Source: Octopus vulgaris (Eukaryota). From it: a DNA stretch of 64,000 nucleotides. The stretch spans positions 78,306,001 to 78,370,000 of the forward strand of contig OX597821.1 in NCBI GenBank assembly GCA_951406725.2, given 5' to 3'. Below the pieces are notes generated by a model. That model made no database searches, had not been told where the DNA came from, and saw only the letters and a program-made list of their open reading frames with translations. Positions 1 through 13,238 of this stretch are shown here, one piece after another. Each line of letters opens with the position of its first letter. The first letter of the stretch is position 1. The position numbers were made by a program, and so were the translations under genes.

Positions 1-265
1 GAACTGTTTCATTCAAGAGAAATCTTCAGGAAGCTAGTTAACAAGAATTGTATTGGCATTTATACATTTAGGCAGGTTTAAAGGGGTGTTGGTGGGGGAC
101 TTTTTGGGGGTAGGCATAGCGCAAAAAATCATACTTGGGGGAGTGGTCAAGGAGTCAGTGTTAAATTAGATAGGAGAATAAATAAAAAATAAAAAATAAA
201 AAATAAAAAATAAAAAATAAAAAATAAAAAATATAAAAAAAATATATAAAAAAATAAAAAAATAA

Positions 266-312
<47 letters not shown>

Positions 313-770
313 GGGGAATAGAGTTTTAGGTAAATAAGGAGATTCTCACTTATACCTATGCACATATGTATACATATATACACACGCATACAAACATATA
401 TACATATACATACACACATACATACACACACATATATATATATATATACATATATATACACTTACACATACATATACATATCTACACATACACATATATG
501 TATACATACACACACTCACTTGCATACACGTATACACACATGTATATATACACACACGACCACACATACATATACACACAGAAAAATATATATACACATA
601 CACACACATACTCACATACACGCATACACACACAAATCCACACACACACATGCACACACAGCACACTAGTCCCTATATACACATATATACACATACACAC
701 ATATATATATACACACACACATACACATACATACACATATATATATATACATACATATACATACATATAC

Positions 771-803
<33 letters not shown>

Positions 804-1223
804 CATATATATACATATGTGTACCTATGCATACCTACACATACACACATATATATATACATATACAAATACAGACCCATTCCCTAATTTTAATTTTATT
901 ATCTTCGTTTATTACTTTTGTTATCTTTGGCCGCTTGGTCACAAACATCTTGGCTATGACAGCCAGACCATTTATCCGTCTACTGGAAAACAAGCACTCA
1001 TTCACTCACGCACACTCTTTAGCACGTACACTCACTCATTCGTACACTCATACGCATACACGCACGCACGCGTTATATTCATACATACATCTACATACAT
1101 TCACGTATATACACATACGTACGCGTACCTACAGATTCATGTCTACACTCTTAGAAGGCTAGTCTATACATATACACCAATAAATATAAATACACACACA
1201 TACATGTACATCTACATACAAAT

Positions 1224-1272
<49 letters not shown>

Positions 1273-1437
1273 TACTTACATGCATACTCAAAAAATAAGT
1301 AAATAGTAAAATATATATACGCGCAGTTATTCATACATGCATACTCAAAAAATAAATATTAAGTATATGTACGTGCAGTTACCTATTATATAGACGTATT
1401 ATAATACGGATTATACATATAATAAACTTACACACAT

Positions 1438-1480
<43 letters not shown>

Positions 1481-1793
1481 TACACATATATATATATATA
1501 TATATACACACACATACATACACCTACATATACACATACACACATACATACATATATATATATATATACATACACACACACACATACACATACATATACA
1601 TACACATACATACATATATATACATACTTACACATGTACATATAAATATACACATAGATAACTCTACGTACCTACATATACATAAACACACGAGCGTACG
1701 CGTATATGTACATATACATATACCCATGCACACGCATATATATATACATACATACATACACATACACACACATACACATATATATACATACAC

Positions 1794-1854
<61 letters not shown>

Positions 1855-2020
1855 TATACATACACACATACATACACACACATATATATACATGTGTGCA
1901 AACATACGTACATTCTCATACAAGCACACACACTTACACACATATATATACATACACACATACATATACACATACATATGCATACACACAAATATACATA
2001 TATACATACATACATCTATA

Positions 2021-2094
<74 letters not shown>

Positions 2095-2514
2095 TATATA
2101 TTTTTTACATACATACACATATATACACACACACACACATAATACATGCGTATAATCCTACTATACATGTACATACTTATATCTCTACATACTCGCATAT
2201 ACATATATATATATATATGTATGTATATATATATTTTTCTGTGTGTATATGTATGTGTGGTCGTGTGTGTATATATACATGTGTGTATACGTGTATACAA
2301 GTGAGTGTGTGTATGTATACATATATATGTGTATGTGTAGATATGTATATGTATGTGTGAGTGTATATATATGTATATATATATATATATATGTGTGTGT
2401 ATGTATGTGTGTATGTATATGTATATATGTTTGTATGCGTGTGTATATATGTATACATATGTGCAGAGGTATAAGTGAGAATCTCCTTATTTACCTAAAA
2501 CTCTATTCCCCCCT

Positions 2515-2547
<33 letters not shown>

Positions 2548-2784
2548 TTTTTTTATTTTTTTATATATTTTTTTTATATTTTTTTATTTTTTATTTTTTA
2601 TTTTTTATTTTTTATCTTTTATTTTTTATTTTTTATTTATTCTCCTATCTAATTTAACACTGACTCCTTGACCACTCCCCCAAGTATGATTTTTTGCGCT
2701 ATGCCTACCCCCCAAAAAAGTCCCCCACCAACACCCCTTTAAACCTGCCTAAATGTATAAATGCCAATACAATTCTTGTTAACT

Positions 2785-2835
2785 AGCTTCCTGAAGATTT
2801 CTCTTGAATGAAACAGTTCTAGTCCTGTAGAAGCT
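2785..2835 (+). ncRNA. Type I hammerhead ribozyme motif
   Basis: AGCTTC-CTGAAGA-T[TTC tctt GAA]T-GAAA-CAG ttctagtc CTG-TA-GAAGCT: perfect 6-bp stem I, CUGANGA/GAAA core, 4-bp stem III, GUA cleavage triplet (2827-2829). Stem II is weak (3 bp with a U-U closure). Confidence 0.7.
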
Positions 2836-2921
2836 CCTTCTATATAATAAATTAATTTTACTCTGCTATGTATTGAGTACCTTATTTACTGTGGTTAACC
2901 CCGAATCAACCCGGGACCTAC

Positions 2922-2953
<32 letters not shown>

Positions 2954-3370
2954 ATTTGTATGTAGGTGTACGTGTATGTGTGTGTATTTATATTTATTGG
3001 TGTATATGTATAGACTAGCCTTCTAAGAGTGTAGACATGAATCTGTAGGTACGCGTACGTATGTGTATATACGTGAATGTATGTAGATGTATGTATGTAT
3101 GAATATAACGCGTGCGTGCGTGTATGTGTATGAGTGTACGAATGAGTGAGTGTACGTGCTAAAGAGTGTGCGTGAGTGAATGAGTGCTTGTTTTCCAGTA
3201 GACAGATAAATGGACTGGCTGTCATAGCCAAGATGTTTGTGACCAAGCGGCCAAAGATAACAAAAGTAATAAACGAAGATAATAAAATTAAAATTAGGGA
3301 ATGGGTCTGTATTTGTATGTGTATATATATATATATATATGTGTGTATGTGTAGGTATGCATAGGTACAC

Positions 3371-3424
<54 letters not shown>

Positions 3425-4078
3425 ATGTATATGTATGTGTGTGTATATATGTGTGTATGTGTATATATATGTGTATATAGGGACTAGTGTGCTGTGTGTG
3501 CATGTGTGTGTGTGGATTTGTGTGGGTATGCGTGTATGTGAGTGTATGTGTGTGTATGTGTATATATATTTTTCTGTGTGTATATGTATGTGTGGTCGTG
3601 TGTGTATATATACATGTGTGTATACGTGTATGCATGTGAGTGTGTGTATGTATACATATATGTGTATGTGTAGATATGTATATGTATGTGTAAGTGTATA
3701 TATATATATGTATATATATATGTGTGTGTATGTATGTGTGTATGTATATGTATATATGTTTGTATGCGTGTGTATATATGTATACATATGTGCATAGGTA
3801 TAAGTGAGAATCTCCTTATTTACCTAAAACTCTATTCCCCCTTTTTTTTTATATATATATTTTTTTTTTTTTTTATTTTATTTTATTTTTTTTAAATTTA
3901 TTTTTTATTTTTTTATTTTTTAATTTTTTTATTTATTCTTCTATCTAATTTAACACTGACTCCTTGACCACTCCCCCAAGTATGATATTTTGCGCTATGC
4001 CTACCCCCAAAAAAGTCCCCCACCAACCCCCTTTAAACCTGCCTAAATGTATAAATGCCAATACAATTCTTGTTAACT

Positions 4079-4129
4079 AGCTTCCTGACGATTTCTCTTG
4101 AATGAAACAGTTCTAGTCCTGTAGAAGCT
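4079..4129 (+). ncRNA. Type I hammerhead ribozyme motif (second tandem copy)
   Basis: Same fold as 2785-2835 with core CTGACGA; the only difference within the motif is at the variable N7 position. A third copy on the - strand (35->1) is cut by the window edge. Confidence 0.7.
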
Positions 4130-4212
4130 CCTTCTATATAATAAATTAATTTTACTCTGCTATGTATTGAGTACCTTATTTACTGTGGTTAACCCCGAAT
4201 CAACCCGGGACC

Positions 4213-4314
<102 letters not shown>

Positions 4315-4319
4315 CATAT

Positions 4320-4420
<101 letters not shown>

Positions 4421-5289
4421 TGATGTGATATCTAATATGATATACGAGAAGGTTTCACGAAAGGCCTGGTTGGAGGTCAAAACTTCCGTGTTCTTTCACA
4501 TGGCTTAGAAATACCGAAGGACCGCTTCAATAAGGGTGCGCATCGGATGGGAATATTTTGAATAAAATCGTAATTAACTGATCCTCCTCTATTTTCTTTT
4601 AACCAAAGCACCCACATCGTAAGGGTATGTTGTTTGAAATATGTGAAGTTTATTAAGCGTTTACACGTTTTTCTTTAAACAATGATTTCTTTAAGCGGTT
4701 TTTTTTGAATTTCTTAAAAACAAAAATCTGAAAGGAATTTTTCTCATTTTCTTGTTTTGATCTTAAATGGTTTTAACTTTTTTAAAACTCCTTTTGACTT
4801 GTCCGCATCTTGATATGGTGTTACAAAGCTACACTCCCGCCACACAATCAATATCCACTTCTGAACAACAAAGTCCACAAATAAACCAATCAAAACAAGT
4901 CATATACCATTATACATTTGGTAACGGAAGTATTCTCAGTCCGTATAGTATATTGACTATTTTCCTTTTACACTTGATAGGATTTTTTCCTTATTGCTGT
5001 CGGAAAAGGTGTGGCAAAAGCTACATACAGTAGGAAGTTTGGATATTAATGAAATGAAGGTGTGGCTTCTTTTGTATTCTGGGATGAAGTCAGTGCTGCA
5101 AAATATTTTCAGCAAGACATTGCAGTTTTGCATTTCGACATTTACCCTTTGAGATTTTGAATCCTCTGTCTTTTAAATTCCCTTAATTTTTTCTTGACAT
5201 TTGTTAGATTTATTCATAGATCATACAATTATTTTGTATTTTCTCTTTTATTTATCAATTCCCGATCAATAAATTTCATTAAATTTTAT

Positions 5290-5430
5290 ATTACTGAATT
5301 GGACTGCCTATGTCCTGTCCATTTCTGGACGAAAACCATTACTGAATTGGACTGCCTATGTCCTGTCCATTTCTGGACGAAAACCATTACTGAATTGTAC
5401 TGCTTATATACAGTCCATTTCTGGACGAAA
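5290..5430. repeat. 48-bp tandem triplication
   Basis: attactgaattggactgcctatgtcctgtccatttctggacgaaaacc at 5290 and 5338, with a diverged third copy at 5386. Confidence 0.9.
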
Positions 5431-5574
5431 GCCTCAGCATATCTTCTCCTAGCACGGTCTGATGTAAATTTGCGCTTCAGGTGATACGGTCATTGATAAG
5501 CCTGCTTTTCTACACTAACATGACATTGTTTGGCAGAATGTGCAGATGTTTATGCTCTTGTGCAAGAATAGTTC

Positions 5575-5745
5575 AGTTCGATTACATCGACCGCAGTGCT
5601 CAATTCGTATGTATTTTATCGACCCCGAAGTATAAAAGGTAAAGTCCGTCTCAACGGATTTTGAACTCAGAATGTAAGGACGTGCTACATACCGCTGAGA
5701 GCTTTGCCCGACGTGCTAACAGTTGTACAAGGTCACCGCCTATTT
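5575..5745 (-). mobile_element. tRNA-derived SINE with Deu/Nin-like core (family 1), mirrored at ~7640-7812 (+)
   Basis: ttttatcgaccccgaa...aaagtc...tttgaactcagaa core; the same insertion is present in both arms of the inverted duplication. Confidence 0.75.
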
Positions 5746-5989
5746 CTTATATTTTTTTAGAAAATCTTTATTAGTTTTTGTAAATTAACAGTTCTTACAT
5801 TTATATATTCGATATACATTTGCACAATTCTAAATAATATTCCAACAATTTTTATAACTTCTTCAATCACTCGCTAGCATACGTTAATTCTTGTGATTTG
5901 GCAACAGATTTCACTCACAATGAACCTTAGCTGCCAATCTCCTCCCACATAAAATATTATTCCCTTCAATTCAACTGTAATTATTAATA

Positions 5990-6271
5990 TACTCTTTTAC
6001 TCTCTCGCTTTTACTTGTTTCAGTCATGTGATTGTGGCCATGCTGGAGCACCGCCTTTAGTTGAACAAATCGATCCCGGGACTTATTCTTTGTAAGCTTG
6101 GTACTTATTCTATCGGTCTCTTTTGCCGAACCGCTAAGTTACGGGGGACGTAAACACACCAGCAATAGGTGTCCAGCGATGTTGGGTGTACAAACACAGA
6201 CACACAAATATACACACACATATACATACATCCATACATACATACATACATACATACATACATACATACAT

Positions 6272-6338
<67 letters not shown>

Positions 6339-6492
6339 TGACGGGCTTCTTTCAGTTTCCGTCTACCAAATCCACTCACAAGGCTTTGGTCGGCCCGAGG
6401 CTATAGTAGAAGAACCTTGCCCATGTTGCCACGCAGTGGAACTGAACCCGGAACCATGAGGTTCGTAAGCAAGCTACTTAGCACACAGCTAC
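5990..6492 (-). mobile_element. tRNA-derived SINE with internal microsatellite (family 2)
   Basis: tRNA-like head (tgtgtgctaagtagc...ggttccgggttcagttcc), body gccttgtgagtggatttggtagacggaaactgaaagaagcccg, 3' stem ggcggtgctccagcatggcc...gactgaaac; several copies in the window. Confidence 0.85.
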
Positions 6493-6504
6493 TATATATA
6501 CATA

Positions 6505-7258
6505 TATGATGTGTTATAAAATATGATATACGAGAATATTTCGCAAAAGGCCTGGCTTGAGGTCCAACGTTCCGAATTCTTTCACATGGCTGAGAAAAAT
6601 TGAAAGACTGCTGCAATAAGGGTGTGAATCTGAGAGAGGAATATGTTCGGTAAAATCGTAATTAACTAGTCCTCCTGTATTTTCTTTTACCCAAAGCTAG
6701 GAACCTTTCAACACCCCCTCGCAGAGGCGTGTTTGTGCGTGCCCACGTGCGTGGAGGCGCCTAGTTTAGTAATTGGGGTGTTGCACAAACGACCGTAAGA
6801 GTAGAATGAGGAACTTTTGGAATTTTTAAAACAATTAACAACGGCTCAAAAATTCTCAAAGCAGCTCGAAAAATTTGAAGGTTTCAGAGTCATGAAATTT
6901 TAAAGTTTTAGAGATATAAATTTTATAAAGATTGAAAGTTTTAAAAATTCCAAAAGTTCAACATTCTACTCTTACGGTCGTGTGTGCAACACCCCAGTTA
7001 CTAAGCTAGGCGCCTCCACGCATGCGAGCACGTACAAACACGCCTACACGAAGGGGTGCTGGAAAGTTCCTGGCTTTGGGTTAAAGAAAATACAGGAGGA
7101 CCAGTTAATTACGATTTTACTGAAGATATTCCCCTCTCAGATTCACACCCTTATTGCAGCGGTCTTTCAGTTTTTTCTCAGACATGTGAAAGACCCCGGA
7201 AGTTTGAATCTCCAGCCAGGCCTTTCGTGAAACCCTGACGTATATCACATTTTATATC

Positions 7259-7260
<2 letters not shown>
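6505..7260. repeat. Fold-back (inverted repeat) with a mariner-like terminal segment; centre of a larger old palindrome
   Basis: 6505-~6830 is the diverged reverse complement of ~6935-7260; cgaaggggtgctggaaagttcctggc resembles a mariner TIR; a further direct partial copy lies at ~4420-4610. Confidence 0.75.
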
Positions 7261-7294
<34 letters not shown>

Positions 7295-8544
7295 TAATTA
7301 CATCTATATATGTATATATATATATATATATATTAATAATATACATCTATATATATATTAATAATTACATCTATATATGTAGGCCTCTATGTACAGTTTA
7401 ATTGAAGAGAATAATATATTATGTAGGAGGGCGTTTGTAGCTAAGCTTCATTGTGAGTGAAATCCGTTGTCAAATCAATCAAAAGTACATCACAAGAGCT
7501 AAGGTATGCACGAGAGTGATTGAAGAAGTTATTAAAATTGTTGGAATATTATTTAAAATTGCGCAAATGTATATCGAATATATAAATGTAAGAACTGTTA
7601 ATTTACAAAAACTAATAAAGATTTACTAAAAAAATATAAGAAATAGGCGGTGACCTGGTACAACTGTTAGCACGTCGGGCAAAGCTCTCAGCGGTATGTA
7701 GCACGTCCTTACATTCTGAGTTCAAAATCCGTTGAGGCGGACTTTGCCTTTTATACTTCGGGGTCGATAAAATACATACGAATTGAGTACTGCGGTCAAT
7801 GTAATCGATTTAACTACTTTTGTACAAGCACCCTTTACCAAGCCATGTGATGCCAGTGTGGAAAAGCAGGCTCATCAAACCAATGTCAACTGAAGTGCTA
7901 ATTAACGGCCTCTCCTCAGACTGTGCTAGGTGAAGAAATCTTGCTGAGGCTTTCGTCCAGAAGTGGACTGTATATAAGCAGTCCAATTCAATAATATAAA
8001 ATTTAATGAAATTTATTGATCGGGAATTGGTAAATAAAGAGAAAATACAAAATATTTCTATGATCTGTGAGTAAATATAAGAAATGTCAGATAAAATTAA
8101 GGGAATTTAAAAGACAGAAGATTGTAAAAGCTGTCGAAATACAAAACTGACTTACTGAAGATAATTAGCAGCGCTGATTTCATCCCAGAATACAAAACAA
8201 GTCACGCCTTCATTTCATCAATATCTAAACCTCCTACTGTATGTAGCTTTTGCCACACCTTTTGCGACAGCAATAAGGAAAAAAATCTATCAAGTGTAAA
8301 GAAAAATAGTCAACATACTATACGAGCTGACAATACTTTTCGTTACCAAATGTATAAATATATGTAGAATCTTTTGATTGGTTTATTTGTGAACTTTGTT
8401 GATCAGAACTGGATATTGATTGTTAAACTATCTAGCAAAGCTGATGATAAAACTGGCAACTTTCATATGAAAGCTTTCTGAATAGCAAAAAAGGAGAAAA
8501 TCATACGACATATGTTGAAGAATTTGATCAAGAAGAGTGAAGTA

Positions 8545-9495
8545 TTCTTTTCTGCTCTAGCCACTAGGCCCAAAAATTGTGGGCAGGGGTCAAGACGATT
8601 AGATGAACTCCAGTACGTAACTGGTACTTAATTTATCGACACCGAAAGGATGAAAGGCAAAGTCGACCTCTGCAGACTTTGAACTCAGAACGTAACGGCA
8701 GACGAAATATCTATTTCCTTACTACCGACAAGGGGCTAAACACAGAGATGACAAACAAGGACAGACAAACGGATTAAGTCGATTATATCGACACCAGTGC
8801 GTAACTGGTACTTATTTAATCGACCCCGAAAGGTTGAAAGTCAAAGTCGACCTTGGCGGAATTTGAACTCAGAACGTAAAGACAGACAAAATACCTATTT
8901 CTTTATTACCCACAGGGGCTAAACACAGAGGGGACAAACAAGGACTGACATAGGTATTAAGTCGATTACATCGACCCTAGTGCGTAACTGGTACTTAATT
9001 TATCGACCCCGAAAGGATGAAAGGCAAAGTCGACCTCGGCGGAATTTGAACTCACAACGTAACGCAGACAAAATACCTATTTATTTCTTTATTACCCACA
9101 AGGGGCTAAACACAGAGGGGACAAACAAGGACAGACATAGGTATTAAGTCGATTACATCGACCCCAGTGCGTAACTGGTACTTAATTTATCGACCCCGAA
9201 AGGATGAAAGGCAAAGTCGACCTCGGCGGAATTTGAACTCACAACGTAACGCAGACAAAATACCTATTTCTTTATTACCCACAAGGGGCTAAACACAGAG
9301 CGGACAAACAAGGACAGACATAGGTATTAAGTCGATTACATCGACCCCAGTGCGTAACTGGTACTTAATTTATCGACCCCGAAAGGATGAAAGGCAAAGT
9401 CGACCTCGGCGGAATTTGAACTCACAACGTAACGCAGACGAAATACCGCTAAGCATTTCGCCTGGCGTGGTAACGTTTCTACCAGTTCGCCTCCT
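8545..9495 (-). mobile_element. Tandem array (~5 x ~180 bp) of family-1 Deu/Nin-core SINE units
   Basis: Repeated unit ...cacaaggggctaaacacagag...atcgaccccgaaaggatgaaaggcaaagtcgacctcggcggaatttgaactc...; one complete tRNA-like head at the 9495 end. Confidence 0.9.
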
Positions 9496-10460
9496 TCGAA
9501 AACTGAAATATTATTTCAGGAATTGTAAGACAAGCAAGTCCAAAACTGTGACCGTACTTTACGAATGTGGAATAAACCTGGTGATATTGTTTTTACAGCA
9601 CATCATTATTTCTGAAGCTAGTGTAAAACAAATCAGCCGGGTTCACAAACTATGTAAAATATTCCTAATTTTATCCATCAATTGTCAGGAGCAAGAGAAA
9701 AGAAATTTAATATCAACAGGTTTATCAAACTTGGAAAAAAGAAAAAGCAAAGATTGATAAATCTTAATTAAATCGGAGATTTACTTGAAAGGTAAGTGGA
9801 TTTAATATTAATATGGATCGAAATTGTTTCTACAATTTTGTGTTTTCGAAACTACCATTGCATATAATGAAATTCATTTTGCATCATTTTCTTTAAAAAA
9901 AAATACTGCTCAGAAATTGGGTTTGTAAACTTGCTTTTTTTCTCTCTAGGTTATATATAATGTATGCAACTTGCACGAGCAACATAAGGCTGCTTCAGAT
10001 TCATGATGTTTTGTATACAGAAATTTTTCGTAATAGATCTGCTTGAAGGGTTTTTCCCAAATTGATTTTTCTTGAACCACGTGGAAATGTATGCTAGATA
10101 TCGTTTACGAAATTCAGAATTTTCTTATGAATTGTATTTTGCTAAATAAGGTTATAAGGTAAGGTCTGAAGTAAAATAATAGATATCACATTTACAATGT
10201 AGATGAAATCCCTGTTGTTTATAAAGCCGAGATCAAGAGTAGTGTTGCTCCTGATTTAGTGCAGCAATAGATCGCTAACCACTAAACCTTTTTTTTATTT
10301 TCTCTCTCTGCTTATTTCTGTCGAAGAGCATATGTTCGAAACGTAAAACTTCCCGAGCTGCTTCTGTTTCACTCCCCGAGCGTAAAACTAATACATCTGC
10401 TTCTTGTTTGCACACTCGTCTTCGTCTATGCTTATTTTGCTTTTTGTAAATTCTCATTAC

Positions 10461-10550
<90 letters not shown>

Positions 10551-12169
10551 TCCCGAGAGAATATGTTCTCCAGACACTTTCAAAGTTGAGTAAGTTGCTG
10601 TCATTCTCTCAAAATAGGATATACAAATGCATTGACCAAGGTAACTGGTTTTCTATCTTACTGAGGCTTTCTTTCAATTTTCTTTTCTGATTTACAACAT
10701 ATCATATGGACTACATTCCACACATATAACTACATTCAATTATATACCTATACTAACAGTGTGATACAGTTGACTATGACAATAGATATAAGGATGTGTT
10801 ATCTTCAGGAACGTGATTGGCAACTACAACATGAAATCTGTTTTGGGCAACATTCAAGGCGATGTAAAGGCAGAATTGTCGGATTTGTATATAATAGTAA
10901 ATATACATAATCCTTTATCTATACACTCTCTCTCATACACACACACTCACACACACATACATACGTTTGTAAGAAACATTAAGTATGCCTAATTATACGA
11001 ATCTAAAATTTTCGGTTGTAGGTAAGAGTGATAATTACCAACGATTGCTTGAATAAGAAAGTATAAACTTGTGGGTTGTCGAGGTGATCAAAATTATATG
11101 GCGACTGATCACACGAAGCTAATTCGATAAAACGTCCTTGTCTTTTTCGTAATCTTTATATATAATCCTTTCTATAATAAGCACAAGGCCTGAGTAATCG
11201 ATATAAATAATACCAGATAAAATAAAGTAAATGATACAAAGATGCAGAACGATAAATGTGACCTTCCAATATAGCATTTATTTAATTCAGATAATCAGTT
11301 GTTATGGTGTACGTTTATAGAAACTTCAGTGCCATTGCTTATAAGTAAGAAGAACATTTTACAGCCAAAAAGTTGTACATGATAGAACAAACTAGAAAAA
11401 TATCGTTAGTATTTGTTTATGTGAGAGGCAGAACATTAAAATAATGCATTTGGTGAGTCGTTATGAAGTTGTATTATACAAAATCCGCAAATGTCTGCTA
11501 TCATATCTTCCTTTACAGGTTTGTGCAACAATAAAGTTCTCGGATTCACTGTCATATCTTGAATTTACCTATGAATTCGAAAATAAAATTCAGGGTTTTT
11601 TTTGTACAAAAGGATATGGTAATGTGCGGTCATTTTTTTATGCTGTGTAGCGGAATGAACACCTTACAAAAACTGTCTTACGTTGAGGCTAACATTTTAT
11701 TTGTAGAGATTGAAAGTGAGTCAACGAGCTATTTATAAATAAAACTCGCTGAAATTCGGCGAGAAAGAAATATTGATTGTTGCATGTGATAATGTCTTCA
11801 GATAACATCACAAGTGAAAAGATAACCATTTATATGGAAGATATGTCTAAATTTGGAAATAGATGAGACGTGATCGTAGTAATAATCATGGGGTGGTTTT
11901 GAGGATTTTTACAAGACACTCTGTAAAATAATCGCCCCTTGCTATAAATGTTAATGTAAACACATGTATGTTCGTGTGTCGATACGTGCAAAGTAAAAGA
12001 AGACAAAATGGTGTATCTGTGTGTGTTGAAATTTAAAAAAAAAACAATAAAAATATTGTAGGCGCATTAAAGTTTGTGAACACGTTTCTCAGATTTTTCA
12101 AAATTTGCTCCAATTTAAAGCTATTTAATCTTCGATGATCAGAAATCTTGAATTTATTGCACTTATAAT

Positions 12170-12482
12170 CTTTTCTACTTTAGGCACAAGGCCTAAAGTT
12201 TTGGGGAGGGGACCAGTCGATTAGATCGACCCAGTACGCGAATAGTACTTAAGTTATCGACCTCGGAAGGGTCTAAACATAGAGGGGACAAACAAGGACA
12301 GACAAAGTGATTAAGTCGATTACATCGACCCCAGTGCGTAACTGGTACTTAATTTATCGACCCCGAAAGGATGAAAGGCAAAGTCGACCTCGGCGGAATT
12401 TGAACTCAGAAAGCAAAGACAGATGAAATAGTGCTAAGCATTTCGCCCGGCGTTCTAACGTTTCTGCCAGCTCACCGCCTTC
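12170..12482 (-). mobile_element. Family-1 SINE, partial dimer
   Basis: Same core and head as 8545-9495. Confidence 0.85.
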
Positions 12483-12789
12483 ATTGCACTTACATTAAAA
12501 GTATGAAGGTGCTTGGTGATTCTTGCTTAATATTGTTATTAAAATATGTTCATTAAAATTGTGTACTAATTTTCGATTTAAACGTCTTTGAAAGTTTGAA
12601 ATGTCAGAAACCCCAAAGCATAAATCAGGTAATTTTAAACAGCGTTTTTCTAACATTATAGCGGATTCGGTATGTTAGTAACCACAATCCGTACGTCGAC
12701 TTATTTCTTAACAAATATATATATATTTTTTTTATTTCAGCTGATTTGGTGGAGGAATTGGACTTCCTCATCCAAGTAGAATCTATCTG

Positions 12790-12877
<88 letters not shown>

Positions 12878-13015
12878 ACTTTCTCGTATCTGTTTGTTTA
12901 TCTCTGTCTGTCTCTCTATCTTCTGTCAGTCTTTCTTTCTCTCCCGCTCTCTCTTATGAGAGTGTGTGTCACTGTCATCAGTCTTCAATTAAAAGTATTA
13001 TATACAAATGATCAT

Positions 13016-13057
13016 AACTGCCCGACGAACGGGAACGTGAAACTCTGAGTGGCAGTT
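13016..13057 (+). ncRNA. Degenerate hammerhead-like motif (CCGACGA core, GUG triplet; probably inactive)
   Basis: AACTGC-CCGACGA-ACG ggaa CGT-GAAA-CTC t GAG-TG-GCAGTT: all three stems pair, with two core deviations. Confidence 0.5.
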
Positions 13058-13238
13058 TCGTGTGATGTTTCCGTGATGGTTTTGCAGCTTTATTAATAAA
13101 GTATTCCCAAACCTGTTGGCCTAAGACCGCTTCAAAAATTCCATAAGCCTGCTTTCCCCAATTTTGATATATACCGCTCTACATCTTAGAGTGTGCTTCT
13201 CCGGATTTATGTATTCTACAAACGATATATATATATAT

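Larger units (their letters stand above)
4845..5980 (-). pseudogene. Cullin-like pseudogene fragment (N-terminal repeats); inverted duplicate of ~7390-8425
   Basis: Reverse complement of 7390-8425 including a shared SINE. The - strand reads VFVQKWTGHRQSNSVM, resembling cullin-3 [12 protein letters not shown]. Confidence 0.55.
7420..12785 (+). pseudogene. Multi-exon cullin-like (CUL3/4-like) pseudogene: long first exon to 9791, then exons 9950-10158, 11519-11618, 11707-~11869, 12741-~12785
   Basis: Colinear degenerate matches: NCWNII*NCA (~NSIWDLLKNA); EAFVQKWTVYKQSNSII*NLMKFIDRELVNKEKIQNI (~[33 protein letters not shown]); FFVIDLLEGFFPN...YELYFAK*GYK (~LTVRVLTTGYWP...RRFYLAKHSGR); RERNIDCCM (~RQYQIDAAI); DLVEELDFLIQVE (~IKKRIESLIERE). 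GT-AG sites are present and phases agree across 11618/11707. Many stops and SINE insertions. Confidence 0.6.

Noticed and set aside
5290-5430. Repeat array superficially like CRISPR
   Set aside because: Contiguous 48-bp tandem copies with no spacers, in eukaryotic DNA.
10315-10350. Hammerhead-like TCGAAGA...GAAACGTA
   Set aside because: Two core changes and no convincing stem I; at best a decayed pLTR motif.
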